DNA from: a virus
Direction: 5' to 3' (one strand)
Length of the DNA: 64,000 nucleotides
Virus record (IMG/VR): IMGVR_UViG_3300032235_000792
Both the position numbers and the translations under genes were made by a program. Below, piece after piece: positions 37,141-48,097 of the stretch (position 1 is the first letter of the stretch; each line of letters opens with the position of its first letter). A model generated the notes under the pieces. The model had not been told where the DNA came from. It made no database searches and was given only the letters and a program-made list of their open reading frames with translations.

Positions 37141-40100
37141 ATGGCAGTATTAGGAAGAGTTTTAGTCAGTTCAGCTGAACGACTTGATTTACCAGATTTT
37201 CTAAGTATCGACTCTTATACACAGGGTGACTTCAAATACTTAATTAAATCTTTTGTAGGATCAGACAAGGCCTATGTGCTAAAAGGGTTTGAAGTAATAA
37301 ACCCTAATGCAGCAATCGATACGCAAAACTTATCAATTAATGTAGCAAATTCAGTAGTTTACTATCCAGATTCAAAAGCTGGCCCTTTCTTTTATGGCTT
37401 AGAGGATGGAAATCCAAAAGCAGCACCGCTAGTTCCTGAATTAAGAAAAAACGCAATAAATTATGTTTATCTAGTACTATCAACATCAGAGTCTGCAAAA
37501 GATTCTCGTGCTTTTTGGGATCCTGATAGAGAGGGCGGCGTTGGTGGAGAATTCAATCAAGATGTAAGTACAGAGTCGTTTTTATCAGTAGAAGTTAACG
37601 TATCAGTATCAGGGTTTCCAGATAATGTAGTACCAGTATGTAAAGTTACAGTTGGCACTAGCGTCATATCTTCTATAGAAGATTGTAGAAATTTAATGTT
37701 TAGACTTGGATCAGGTGGCATAAGCCCGAATCCTTTATCTAGATTTGAATTTAGAGAACAACCTCTAGCACAATATAAGAGATCAGAGCCAAATACCAAG
37801 ATGACTAAATACGACCCTAATTCTTTTAGGGGAGGAGACAAGAACATCTATACACTTAAAGAGTGGATGGATGCGGTCATGACAAGATTGTTAGAGCTTG
37901 GCGGTACTACATATTGGTATCAAGATCAGTCTTCTTATAGCTTAGTAAACATATTTAAAGATGCATTGGCTACGTCTATAAAATCAAAAGGCACTTGGGC
38001 AAACTCAGATGTTACACCAGGGCTTTTAACTTGGACAGAAGATATTATTCTTCAGTCAATGACAGATAAAAGAGATATAGTGATTAGAGCTGGAGATGCA
38101 ACACTTGGTGATGGCCAGGTTATGCTAATTAAACAGCAAAGAAATATACCAATAAATAGCGGTTCCGTTTCTGCAGATTGGATACAAGGTGTTAATTACA
38201 TAAATGCTCAAGATAATGGCCAAGGTACTTTTGAAAATTTATCAAAAGGAGACTGGATAAAGAAGGCTGGAGATCCAGATTACAGATTTCGTAGGGTTGA
38301 AAGATTCTGGATCGGACAGGAAAAAAGCGTGGGGCTTACATCAGATGCAGCAATCGCTCAGTGTGTAGAGCTAAGCGAACCATATGAAGGACTGAGCGAG
38401 CTATCACAAGGAATATTTAGCAAAGGTGAATACAGTAACGTAGATATTCAAGTTTTAGATAGAGATGATCCCATGCTGTATGATGCTGGTGGAGATCTTT
38501 GTTGGTTAGCTACTAGAGCAGATAGAATACTAAACATTTCAGATATAGTGTCAACTGAGTTAATAATCGATATTAGTGATCATGACGGTCAAAAAGCTAA
38601 GTGTACGTCTGTTGCGCATAATTTATCTGACAAGCAGAGAATTTACATAGCAAGTCCTTCTTTATTTGAAGGTGAATATCAGATAGAGGTTGAAAGCGAA
38701 GATATTTTTTATATAATGAATTCGAGTAGTTCGCTTGCTGATGAAGTTGGACAAAGTGCTTACTTTGCAACAGTCACAACTGCAGCAAATTATTCGTCGC
38801 CAGGTTTGTTCTTGTTAGAATCTGAGAACCATGGCTTTGATGTTAATCATAACATTTCTGTAACTGGATCTTCTGCCGGATACAACAACACGTACAAAGT
38901 CTTTCCTAAGACATCTACAGAGTTTACGATACCTGTGACGTCTTTGCTTCCATCAGAATCTTTTACAAGTGATCCAGCTAAGGTAACATCTGTTGAGATT
39001 TATGTAAGGACTGATATTGGTCCAACCAAGATTGAACAGGGCGAAATTAAACAAATCGGAAAAGTAGATTCGCAGAATATTATGTCTTTTATAGGCATGG
39101 AAAATTCTGCAATGATGAAGCCTGTATACTCTGTTGAACCTTTTTACAATACAATATTTGGGCAAGAAAACTACAACTCTAGTTCTGCGGATAATCTGAC
39201 ACAAAGAGTATCTAAACTATCTGCAATGATGGCAGATAAAGCACAAGATAAGACAATAACGTATGATTTGCAAAATGTATACGCTATAGTTAACACTCAA
39301 AATGGATCATACAGGGATATCGCCGCTTTTGCAAAAGCTGGTACTATACCTAAACTATTGTTCATTCAACCATCTACAGAATATAAAGTTGAAATTACAT
39401 TAAGCGGAACAATCAGCCTATTAGAGAATCAGGTCGCGTATTTACAACTCAACAGAAATGGAAATACTCTGATATCTAACCTAAACTCTTTAATAATAAC
39501 AGACACAGATAAGTTACCTTTAAGTGAGAACATATTTATTTTCGCCATTAGAGGTCCGGGTGGATCTGTTCTTCTATGGGATAAAACTCCCGTAAGAAAT
39601 TACTCGACTATATTAGATGAAGCTGAAGTTCAAGTAACAACGATAACCTTACCTTCGTCTTCAAGCATAAGTTCTGGTCAATATTTTAATATAAACTCAG
39701 CACTTGATACAAACAAATACTACGTGTGGTTTAACAAAAACAGTGGTGGACTGGACCCTTTTGTTATAGGTAAGATCGGCATAGAAGTTCAAGTTAGCAC
39801 TGGTGATAGCAACGCAAGTATTGCAGCCGCATTAAATTCAGCAATAAATGCAATAGCAAGCAGCGATATGTCTTCCATAGATAATCTAGACGGAACAGTC
39901 ACTATAACTAACAATATTGCTGGTTTTTGTACTGATGCATCTAATGTAGATGTCGGAGGATCATTCTCTGTATTTATAAATCAAGTAGGAACCGGCGCTC
40001 AATTAAATTTTGTATCTGACGGCGATTTGCTAGAAACAAGTATTAAAAAATTAGATGAAAAATTAGCAGAATTATCGCAAAGTATACCTAAAAAAGCTTA

Positions 40101-40881
40101 CGAAGAAACGATAACTATAACGTCTGGACCTACGACTGGCCTAAGTGAAGTAAATGAACTAGACGCAGTATCCGGATCAGAGTTACAGATTCCGCTAGAT
40201 TCTAGAAATAGCAATCTAGTAAAAAGTTATACAGTAAATTCTGGTCAATTAGAAGTATTCTTAAATGGGCAGTATTTAACACTTGACCAAGATTGGGAGC
40301 AGGTTGGAGCGAGCCAGGAAGAGTCGATAAAGATCAAGCTACTAAGAGACATGCAAGACGGAGATGTTCTTCTTGTTAGAATAGATAATACAAGCTTTTC
40401 CGGATCTGGTGGAGGCGGTGGATCATACGGCGAAGCGAATACTGCATCTAATGTCGGTGGTGGATTTTCTTTATTTAAAAACAAAATTGGCGTTGATTTA
40501 AAGTTTAGAACACTGGTTGCCGGAGCTGGAGTATCAATATCTCAGTCAAGCGATGTAGTATCGATATCTTCAACACCAACAGCTTCACTATTAAGTGTTG
40601 TAACTATAAACGGTACTAATTACAATATATTACCATCGAATGATGTAATATTAGTTAGTAATTTAGGCATGCTTGTCAGTGTATATTTGCCGTCTGCAGC
40701 AGCTAATCCAGGTAAAAGATTCGATATTAAAAAAGTAGACTCTGGTAGCATTGTTAGAATTAGAGGCCAAAGCGGTGACACTCTTGATGATGTGAATTTA
40801 TTTACAAGCTCAATAGATATATCTATACAGTATGAATCAGTTACAGTAGTAAGCAACGGTGTAGCCTGGTTTATAATATAA
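37141..40881 (+). CDS. large baseplate/fibre-attachment protein
   Basis: 1246 aa multi-domain; C-terminal GVDLKFRTLVAG and LPSAAANPGKRFDIKK fibre-type modules. Confidence 0.65.
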   Translation: MAVLGRVLVSSAERLDLPDFLSIDSYTQGDFKYLIKSFVGSDKAYVLKGFEVINPNAAIDTQNLSINVANSVVYYPDSKAGPFFYGLEDGNPKAAPLVPELRKNAINYVYLVLSTSESAKDSRAFWDPDREGGVGGEFNQDVSTESFLSVEVNVSVSGFPDNVVPVCKVTVGTSVISSIEDCRNLMFRLGSGGISPNPLSRFEFREQPLAQYKRSEPNTKMTKYDPNSFRGGDKNIYTLKEWMDAVMTRLLELGGTTYWYQDQSSYSLVNIFKDALATSIKSKGTWANSDVTPGLLTWTEDIILQSMTDKRDIVIRAGDATLGDGQVMLIKQQRNIPINSGSVSADWIQGVNYINAQDNGQGTFENLSKGDWIKKAGDPDYRFRRVERFWIGQEKSVGLTSDAAIAQCVELSEPYEGLSELSQGIFSKGEYSNVDIQVLDRDDPMLYDAGGDLCWLATRADRILNISDIVSTELIIDISDHDGQKAKCTSVAHNLSDKQRIYIASPSLFEGEYQIEVESEDIFYIMNSSSSLADEVGQSAYFATVTTAANYSSPGLFLLESENHGFDVNHNISVTGSSAGYNNTYKVFPKTSTEFTIPVTSLLPSESFTSDPAKVTSVEIYVRTDIGPTKIEQGEIKQIGKVDSQNIMSFIGMENSAMMKPVYSVEPFYNTIFGQENYNSSSADNLTQRVSKLSAMMADKAQDKTITYDLQNVYAIVNTQNGSYRDIAAFAKAGTIPKLLFIQPSTEYKVEITLSGTISLLENQVAYLQLNRNGNTLISNLNSLIITDTDKLPLSENIFIFAIRGPGGSVLLWDKTPVRNYSTILDEAEVQVTTITLPSSSSISSGQYFNINSALDTNKYYVWFNKNSGGLDPFVIGKIGIEVQVSTGDSNASIAAALNSAINAIASSDMSSIDNLDGTVTITNNIAGFCTDASNVDVGGSFSVFINQVGTGAQLNFVSDGDLLETSIKKLDEKLAELSQSIPKKAYEETITITSGPTTGLSEVNELDAVSGSELQIPLDSRNSNLVKSYTVNSGQLEVFLNGQYLTLDQDWEQVGASQEESIKIKLLRDMQDGDVLLVRIDNTSFSGSGGGGGSYGEANTASNVGGGFSLFKNKIGVDLKFRTLVAGAGVSISQSSDVVSISSTPTASLLSVVTINGTNYNILPSNDVILVSNLGMLVSVYLPSAAANPGKRFDIKKVDSGSIVRIRGQSGDTLDDVNLFTSSIDISIQYESVTVVSNGVAWFII

Positions 40882-40890
40882 GAGGTTTTT

Positions 40891-41331
40891 ATGACTTACA
40901 GACCATATTCTCAAATATCTAGCTCAGTAGACTTATCTACGATAAAGACGCCATTATTAAATAGTAGCGGTCTTACTATATTGGAACACATGCCTGTTAA
41001 GGTCAATGTAAACGGAGACGTCGCATTTGTTGATGTATCTAATGAAAATGATATATTTAGCTTAGTCGGCATATCAAATACTATGATAACATCTGGTACA
41101 TATGGTGACATAGTTACTCAAGGTCGTGTCGTAGATATTAGCGGCTTTGATTTTGGTGAATATGTTTATATATCTAAAACTGGCGGACTAACAAATATTC
41201 TGCCAGATGAAGGTAGCTATGGGTTCGTATCTGGAGACTGGGTCGTGAAGGTTGGAGTAATAGCTAAAAATCCAAGTGACCCTATGCTAAAAGATCTTAT
41301 CGTCAATATGCAGATAGTTGGACAATTGTAA
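40891..41331 (+). CDS. fibre/decoration-type beta protein
   Basis: GEYVYISKTGGLT motif common in phage structural proteins. Confidence 0.55.
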   Translation: MTYRPYSQISSSVDLSTIKTPLLNSSGLTILEHMPVKVNVNGDVAFVDVSNENDIFSLVGISNTMITSGTYGDIVTQGRVVDISGFDFGEYVYISKTGGLTNILPDEGSYGFVSGDWVVKVGVIAKNPSDPMLKDLIVNMQIVGQL

Positions 41332-41332
41332 C

Positions 41333-41503
41333 ATGAGTGCATTTAATGTTGAAGGATTGTCAGAAGAAGAACTATTAGAGGTGCAGAAGGAAATATCCGA
41401 GGCGCTTATACAAATATTAAACAGAACAGAAAAAGAATCAAACTCTGTATTGGAAAAATACGGTTTAAAATGTCAGATTCTTTTTGAATTAAAAGAAAGA
41501 TAG
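41333..41503 (+). CDS. small hypothetical protein
   Basis: MSAFNV... fills the gap in the operon. Confidence 0.55.
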   Translation: MSAFNVEGLSEEELLEVQKEISEALIQILNRTEKESNSVLEKYGLKCQILFELKER

Positions 41504-41511
41504 GACTAACT

Positions 41512-42891
41512 ATGGCGGAAATATCTAAGTTATCAAGATTAATGGGTGGAGCTAGCAGAAACATAAGCTTTGCTACTAATACGCTTGTCGTAGATAATCT
41601 AAAACTAAAATTAGGAGGCACAGGGTCTGTATCTTTTTCTGGTGCTTTAACATCAGATTACACTATAGGTGTACCTAATGAGAACGTTAATTTAGGCAAT
41701 GTTAACTCATTAAATACACTAAGCGGTGTATCAGCTGGATCAGCGAATTTAGGAGCTTTTCCTGGGTCTGTTATTCAAAACAATAGAAGCATTAAAGGCG
41801 CTCTGCAAGATCTAGAATCATATATAGAGAGTAACACTGGCGGAACATTTTCTGATGTAAATTTTTCTGTCTATGACGATATAGATCCTAGTAAAAGAAT
41901 ACTATTTCAGGCTTCTGGAATAGCGACTGGGCAGTCTAGGTCTATCCTAATGCCTAATTCAGATGTTGATCTAGGCCTAATATCTACACATGAAACAAGA
42001 TTAGATGATGTAGAAGATTCTGTTACAGACCATGAGACACGAATATCTGTAATAGAAGACGCGCTATCTTACAGTAAATTAACTGTTTTTTCAAGTAATT
42101 CAAGTGTATACCAAGATGGGTCAAGGGGCACGGCAGATACTAGTTCTGATTTTAGAGATGGTTGGTATTTTAAAAATACATCGATTAGACAATCCATAAA
42201 TTGGAAACTATTTGATGAGCCTAGCTCAATAACTTTAGATAATTTTTTTGCTTATGCTGTTGTAACTTTTGATTCTACCATAGATACGCCATATATAACG
42301 ATATATACTGAACCTACAGGAACAGGCGACTTCGACCCTTCTTATCACTCAAAGGCAGTATATGCAATTACTTCTCCAATAGCTATTAATGAAAAGTATT
42401 TAATTCATGTAGGTAACGCTCCGAGTATTCATCCTGAATTACCTAGAATTGAGCTTACACTAGATTCATCTAGGTCGCAAGGTGATTTAGCAGATTCTGA
42501 AAATGTAATAAAGTGTAATTTAGAAACAGATGCAGCTAGTGTTTACGATAATCTACAATTTGTAGTAGATAGACTTGGTTTGAATTTAGCCAGTAAGAAA
42601 GTTGACTTTAGTTTAAGAATAAAGGAGCTATCTGGAAAAGAGCGGTTTCCTATAAACGATGTGGCTCAATTTGTTCATATTGACTTATCTAAAGAAGTTA
42701 TAGAAAGTTCTCTCGTTGTCAGCATTGATAGGCTAATGTTGCATGAAGACGATGACTATACCTTAAGTACTGTTCAAACAGTAGATGGTCTAGTCACTAG
42801 ATTAACATGGGCCGGAGATATTGCTATTGGTGGCGATTCTGCGATAGAAATTGGTGACAATATAAGAGTGAATTATCGACACAACGCGTAA
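41512..42891 (+). CDS. tail fibre protein
   Basis: HETRL/HETRI coiled coil; shares domains with 42971 and 45706 products. Confidence 0.7.
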   Translation: MAEISKLSRLMGGASRNISFATNTLVVDNLKLKLGGTGSVSFSGALTSDYTIGVPNENVNLGNVNSLNTLSGVSAGSANLGAFPGSVIQNNRSIKGALQDLESYIESNTGGTFSDVNFSVYDDIDPSKRILFQASGIATGQSRSILMPNSDVDLGLISTHETRLDDVEDSVTDHETRISVIEDALSYSKLTVFSSNSSVYQDGSRGTADTSSDFRDGWYFKNTSIRQSINWKLFDEPSSITLDNFFAYAVVTFDSTIDTPYITIYTEPTGTGDFDPSYHSKAVYAITSPIAINEKYLIHVGNAPSIHPELPRIELTLDSSRSQGDLADSENVIKCNLETDAASVYDNLQFVVDRLGLNLASKKVDFSLRIKELSGKERFPINDVAQFVHIDLSKEVIESSLVVSIDRLMLHEDDDYTLSTVQTVDGLVTRLTWAGDIAIGGDSAIEIGDNIRVNYRHNA

Positions 42892-42970
42892 ATAGTTAGT
42901 TATACTCATCATTGCTTAACCCAAAAATATGTTAAAATAGTGACATAAAAAATATCTTAAAGGGGATAGC

Positions 42971-45634
42971 ATGTCAGTAAATCAAATTAAAGGCAAGTTT
43001 GTTAAATTATCTAACAATGAGGCCTTATCGTCAAAAAATCAAGCTGGTGATGGAAACGTAGACATCCTGAAGGTTGATACCTCTGATGAAGTTATACTAT
43101 TAAAGCTTCCTATAGTAGATGATGGAGTTAGCCCTTCGTCTAACGTATCTACTGAGGCTTATGTTGATCAAGAGATCGCATCAGTAAATGATAGAATTCA
43201 AGATCACGTTGACGGTGTTGCTGAAAAGCACAGCGCAGCAGATATTGAAGTATCTCCATCTGGTGATCTATCTTCTACAAACATTCAATCAGCGCTAGAA
43301 GAAATTCAGAACGATGCCTCTCAAGGGATCTCTGACGCTGCTACGGCGCAATCTGCAATAAACAGCCACATTGCTGATTCTACAGATGCACACGATGCTT
43401 CTGCTATATCAGTATCACCTACTGGTAACCTTGGATCTACAGACGTTCAAGCTGCTCTACAAGAGTTGCAAGGTGACGTTGACGATATCAACGATACATT
43501 ATCTAATTTAAGTGCAGAAGCTTCGGCTATCACAGTTGTTCCAGCTGGTAATATTGGATCTACTAATGTTCAAGCTGCTATTGAAGAATTAGATTCTGAA
43601 AAAGTAGCTAAAGCTGGCGACACAATGACTGGCTTTCTTACATTGCACGCTGATCCAACGGCAGACATGCATGCCTCTACAAAGAAGTACGTTGATGATG
43701 AAATCGGTGCTCTTAGCTTTGAAGCTTCTGCCATCTCCGTTTCTCCTACTGGAAACCTCGGATCTACTGATGTTCAAGCGGCTTTACAAGAGTTACAAGG
43801 CGATGTAGACGGAATAAACACAACTATTGGAAATCTTAGTTTTGAAGCAGATGCAATAGCTTTTACCCCTGCTGGCGATATTGGTTCTACCGATGTTCAA
43901 GCTGCTATTGAAGAATTAGATTCTGAAAAAGTAGCTAAAGCTGGCGATGAAATGACTGGCTTTCTTACTTTACATGCAGATCCAACATCTGATTATCATG
44001 CTGCAACTAAGAAATACGTTGATGCTGTTGCTGAAGGACTTCATGTTCATAGCCCAGCTAGATTACTTGCAGACTTCGATCTAGACGGCTCATACAATAA
44101 CGGTGTTGACGGTGTTGGTGCTTACTTAGACGTAAGTGGATCTCCTATTGCAGGAATCGATGGCGTTTCTTCTTTTAATGTCGGAGACAGAATCATAGTA
44201 GCATTACAAAATGGTAATGTGCTTGACCCTGAAAACGGTGTTTATTTTATTGCTGATTCGGCAGACATAAACGGCAACGGCGATATTATAAAATTAACAA
44301 GAACATCTGATTTTAATACTCCTACTGAAATGGCTGGCGGAGACTTTATCTTTGTTCAAGATGGTTCTCAATATGCTGATAGTGGTTGGGTAATGACAGA
44401 AACTGTTACATCAGTTGGTGTTACACCTGTTAAGTTTGTTCAGTTTTCTGGTGCAGGAACATACCTTCCAGGTGATGCATTGTCTTTAACTGGTGGTGAG
44501 TTTGATGTACTTTTTGATAATTTTACAATCGGCATTAACGGGGTTAACCAATTAGAGGTTAAAGACGATTCTATAAATGAATTTAAATTACAAGATAATT
44601 CAGTAACTGGTGCCAAATTAAACATGGATGTAGCTGGTGACGGCTTAAGCCAAGGTATGATGGGTGAGTTACAAGTTAATGTAGATTCGATGTCCCTTGA
44701 AATTTCAATGGACGCACTCAGAATCAAAGACCAGGGTGTTACTGAGTTTAAACTAGGTGATTTATCTGTATCTACTTTTAAATTGCAAGATGACTCTGTA
44801 ACTGCTGCCAAATTAAACATGGATGTAGCTGGTGACGGTTTAATCCAAGGTATGATGGGTGAACTACAGGTCAACACTGACAACATGTCCCTTGAAATTT
44901 CAATGGACACACTTAGAATCAAAGATCAAGGTGTTACTGAATTTAAACTAGGTGATTTATCTGTTTCTACTTTTAAACTACAAGATGACTCTGTTACTGC
45001 AGCTAAGATCAACATGGATGTAGCTGGTGACGGTTTGATCCAAGGTATGATGGGTGAGTTACAAGTTAATGTAGACTCAATGTCTATAGAAATTTCGATG
45101 GACACACTTAGAATCAAAGACCAGGGTGTTACTGAGTTTAAACTAGGTGATTTATCTGTATCTACTTTTAAATTGCAAGATGACTCTGTTACTGCAGCTA
45201 AGATCAACATGGATGTAGCTGGTGACGGTTTAATCCAAGGTATGATGGGTGAGTTACAAGTTAATGTAGGTTACGGGCTTGAAATACTATCTGATGCTGT
45301 TAAAATTAAGCCTGAATTCACAGGTACTGCAGACATATCTATAAGCAGCAATGGTTTAAGCATAGTAAATAGATTCAACAAAGAAGTGTATCAAATATCT
45401 TCAACTTTAGGGGCTGGTGCATATTTTGATCTTGCTTTTGAAATTGAACCTAACTCTATGCATGCATTTGTTGATCGTCTAGCAATTCATGAAGGCATAG
45501 ATTACGACTATACTATCAGTACTGTAGGTAGCGTTAGCCGAGTTACTTTCATAAATGCCTTAGTCACCCCAGGTCAACAGCAATTAACTGCTGGTGATAC
45601 TGTTTTCTTCAGTTATCAGAAAAAAGCAAATTAA
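42971..45634 (+). CDS. long tail fibre protein with internal repeats
   Basis: STDVQAALQEL, KAGDTMTG..ATKKYVD and SVTAAKL repeats. Confidence 0.8.
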   Translation: MSVNQIKGKFVKLSNNEALSSKNQAGDGNVDILKVDTSDEVILLKLPIVDDGVSPSSNVSTEAYVDQEIASVNDRIQDHVDGVAEKHSAADIEVSPSGDLSSTNIQSALEEIQNDASQGISDAATAQSAINSHIADSTDAHDASAISVSPTGNLGSTDVQAALQELQGDVDDINDTLSNLSAEASAITVVPAGNIGSTNVQAAIEELDSEKVAKAGDTMTGFLTLHADPTADMHASTKKYVDDEIGALSFEASAISVSPTGNLGSTDVQAALQELQGDVDGINTTIGNLSFEADAIAFTPAGDIGSTDVQAAIEELDSEKVAKAGDEMTGFLTLHADPTSDYHAATKKYVDAVAEGLHVHSPARLLADFDLDGSYNNGVDGVGAYLDVSGSPIAGIDGVSSFNVGDRIIVALQNGNVLDPENGVYFIADSADINGNGDIIKLTRTSDFNTPTEMAGGDFIFVQDGSQYADSGWVMTETVTSVGVTPVKFVQFSGAGTYLPGDALSLTGGEFDVLFDNFTIGINGVNQLEVKDDSINEFKLQDNSVTGAKLNMDVAGDGLSQGMMGELQVNVDSMSLEISMDALRIKDQGVTEFKLGDLSVSTFKLQDDSVTAAKLNMDVAGDGLIQGMMGELQVNTDNMSLEISMDTLRIKDQGVTEFKLGDLSVSTFKLQDDSVTAAKINMDVAGDGLIQGMMGELQVNVDSMSIEISMDTLRIKDQGVTEFKLGDLSVSTFKLQDDSVTAAKINMDVAGDGLIQGMMGELQVNVGYGLEILSDAVKIKPEFTGTADISISSNGLSIVNRFNKEVYQISSTLGAGAYFDLAFEIEPNSMHAFVDRLAIHEGIDYDYTISTVGSVSRVTFINALVTPGQQQLTAGDTVFFSYQKKAN
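43396..44030 (+). repeat. ~327-bp internal duplication in fibre gene
   Basis: ASAISVSPTGNLGSTDVQAALQELQGDVD...TKKYVD occurs twice. Confidence 0.8.
44578..45270 (+). repeat. 195-bp tandem repeat, ~3.5 copies (65-aa Met-rich unit)
   Basis: AACATGGATGTAGCTGGTGACGG at 44621, 44816, 45011, 45206. Confidence 0.95.
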
Positions 45635-45705
45635 TTTTTTAAAAAATTAGTCGTTAAAATTTAGGGTGCAACATGAGTTGCACCCCAATAAACAAAAGGA
45701 TTTAT

Positions 45706-47988
45706 ATGTCTTTATCAATTAACCCAAAGTTCCTATCCGGACTAATGACAACGGATCAGGAACTTTTAAATGAAGCGCAGGTTAGACAGGACGCCGATAC
45801 GGAGTTGCAGTCTAATATTGATGATGAATCATCAGCGCGACAAGCAGCTGATGCTGCGGAAGCTGCCCTTAGAGAAGCTGCAGATTTAGCTGAAGCTTCT
45901 GCTAGACAAGCAGCAATAGACGCTGAAGTTTTAGCTAGAAACGCTGCTATTTCTGTTGCAGTTACAGCAGAACAGCAAGCTAGAGAGCTATTCGATGGAA
46001 TGCTTGATGCTAAAATTGATCAAGAAATTTCGGATAGACAGGCTGCCGATACACAGCTTAGTGATACTATTTCAAGCACAGCAACTTCTCTCATGGGAAC
46101 AATCGGTGCTGTAAATGATAGAGCTCTTGCCGCAGAACTAGTTCTTGACGGAAAAATTGAAGCTGAAAAGTCTCGTATCGATGCTATACTTTCTGCTTCT
46201 GACGCTGACAAAGATTCATTTGCTGAAATCGTTACTTTAATTAACTCAGTAGACACAACCAACGATCAAGCCTTTGCTGGATACGTGTCGTCTAACGATG
46301 CTAGAGTTTCAGAGGTTGAATCTGATTTAGCTCAAGAATCATCGGATCGTCAATCTGCTGTTCAAGGTGTACAATCTAATTTAGATAGTGCTGTATCTTC
46401 AATAAATACTTCAGTAAACAGCTTACAAAGCCAAATTACATCTGAAAATAGCAGAGCTCTTGCAGCAGAAGCTTCTCTTCAGTCTGAAATTAACGCTGAA
46501 GAATCTCGTGCTATGGGTGTTGAAGCTGAACTTCAATCTGACTTAGATGATCTTGACGGTTATGCTCAAGATATTAGATCTGACTTAGATGATCTTGATG
46601 GCTATGCTCAAGATATCAGATCAGATGTTGACCTTCTTGAGTCTAGTGTAAGCTCTGAATCATCAGCTAGACAACTTGCTGATCAAAGCTTACAATCTCA
46701 GATTAATACTGAAAAGTCTCGTATCGATGCTATGCTTTCTGCAGCAGACGAAGATAAAAACAGTTTTGCTGAAATTTCTTCATTAATAGAGTCTACTAGT
46801 TCTTCTCTTCAATCTAGCATAAGCTCTGAATCATCAGCTAGACAACTTGCTGATCAAGGCTTGCAATCTCAGATTGATACTGAAAAATCTCGTATCGATG
46901 CTATGCTTTCTGCTTCTGAAGCTGACAAAGATTCATTTGCTGAAATCGTTACTTTAATTAACTCTATTGATACTACAAACAGTGAAGGCTTTGCGTCTTA
47001 TGTTATATCTAATAATGCTAGAGTTTCAGAGGTTGAGTCTGATCTATCTCAAGAAGCATTAGACAGACAATCGGGTGACTCTGCTCTTGATGAAAGAATT
47101 GTTCCTATGGAAGAAATTCTTGAGTTCGAGAAAGCAATTGCTTATGAGAATAATTCAGCAGTTTATGCTGATGCTCAACCTGGTATAGAAGATGCTAGCT
47201 TAAGACCTGGTTGGTATTACAAGAATTCAGTAGCTGGTCAAAAAATTAACTGGTATTTCTTTGATGGTGTAAATCAAGCAAATGTAAGTCTTGGTGACTT
47301 ATCTGCTTACGCGGTCATGACGTTTGATTCAGTGTCTCCTGTTAAATCGCCTATTATGGCTGTTTATACAATGCCAACTGGTACAAATGACATCATGCCA
47401 GGATTCGCTCATTCAAGAGTTGTTTACTCTGGTCTAAGCGTTACTCCTTCAGCTGGCAAAAAGTATTTAGTATATTTTGGACAAAACCCTGCAATTCACC
47501 CTGAATTACCTAGAATACAATTATCTATGAGTACTAGTAATTCTGTTGGCGAAAAAAATCCTTCAGAAAGAGTTCTTACTACTTCTTTTGGGTCTAATTC
47601 TAGTGATGGAGTAAATACTGTTCAATTTATGGTTGAAGCTTTAGGTGTTAGCTCATCATCTTTTAAAGGTGAAGTTGAGTTAAAAATCCGTGGTGCTTCA
47701 CTTAAAAAACTTGAAGATATTACTTCTAGATTAGCAGCTATTGAAGATAACGGTTTTTCAAACGGTAACGTTACTGTTGGTGCAGAACTAGGATACGTAG
47801 ACCTTGATAGACAGTACTCTAAGCTTATGTCTGTCTCTATTGGTCGTCTAGCGATTCACGAAGGTGAAGACTTTACTGTTTCCGTTGTAGACGGAAAAAC
47901 TAGATTAACCTGGATTAACTCTTTAGCAGTTGGTGGCGATCAAGCTATTCAAACTGGCGATAGAGTTTTCTTCGTTGGCGCTTACTAA
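45706..47988 (+). CDS. coiled-coil tail fibre protein
   Basis: Start moved to MSLSIN (AAGGA SD); E..ARQ.AD heptad repeats; DKDSFAEI repeats. Confidence 0.8.
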   Translation: MSLSINPKFLSGLMTTDQELLNEAQVRQDADTELQSNIDDESSARQAADAAEAALREAADLAEASARQAAIDAEVLARNAAISVAVTAEQQARELFDGMLDAKIDQEISDRQAADTQLSDTISSTATSLMGTIGAVNDRALAAELVLDGKIEAEKSRIDAILSASDADKDSFAEIVTLINSVDTTNDQAFAGYVSSNDARVSEVESDLAQESSDRQSAVQGVQSNLDSAVSSINTSVNSLQSQITSENSRALAAEASLQSEINAEESRAMGVEAELQSDLDDLDGYAQDIRSDLDDLDGYAQDIRSDVDLLESSVSSESSARQLADQSLQSQINTEKSRIDAMLSAADEDKNSFAEISSLIESTSSSLQSSISSESSARQLADQGLQSQIDTEKSRIDAMLSASEADKDSFAEIVTLINSIDTTNSEGFASYVISNNARVSEVESDLSQEALDRQSGDSALDERIVPMEEILEFEKAIAYENNSAVYADAQPGIEDASLRPGWYYKNSVAGQKINWYFFDGVNQANVSLGDLSAYAVMTFDSVSPVKSPIMAVYTMPTGTNDIMPGFAHSRVVYSGLSVTPSAGKKYLVYFGQNPAIHPELPRIQLSMSTSNSVGEKNPSERVLTTSFGSNSSDGVNTVQFMVEALGVSSSSFKGEVELKIRGASLKKLEDITSRLAAIEDNGFSNGNVTVGAELGYVDLDRQYSKLMSVSIGRLAIHEGEDFTVSVVDGKTRLTWINSLAVGGDQAIQTGDRVFFVGAY
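46537..46620 (+). repeat. 42-bp tandem duplication (SDLDDLDGYAQDIR x2)
   Basis: Direct comparison. Confidence 0.85.
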
Positions 47989-47993
47989 TCAAC

Positions 47994-48029
47994 AAAGATG
48001 GCACCGATACTACTCGGTGTCATCTTTAT
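47994..48029 (+). terminator. intrinsic terminator
   Basis: AAAGATGGCACCGA/TCGGTGTCATCTTT stem. Confidence 0.8.
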
Positions 48030-48097
48030 TAAATGTTTTGAATTAATTATTAAAATATTTAAGAAGGAAATTAATCCTTCTTTTATAGGGAGAAAAA

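Noticed and set aside
43396-47060. Fibre-gene repeats as DGR template/variable repeats
   Set aside because: Repeats are in-frame and internal, differences look mostly synonymous rather than adenine-specific, and no reverse transcriptase is visible.
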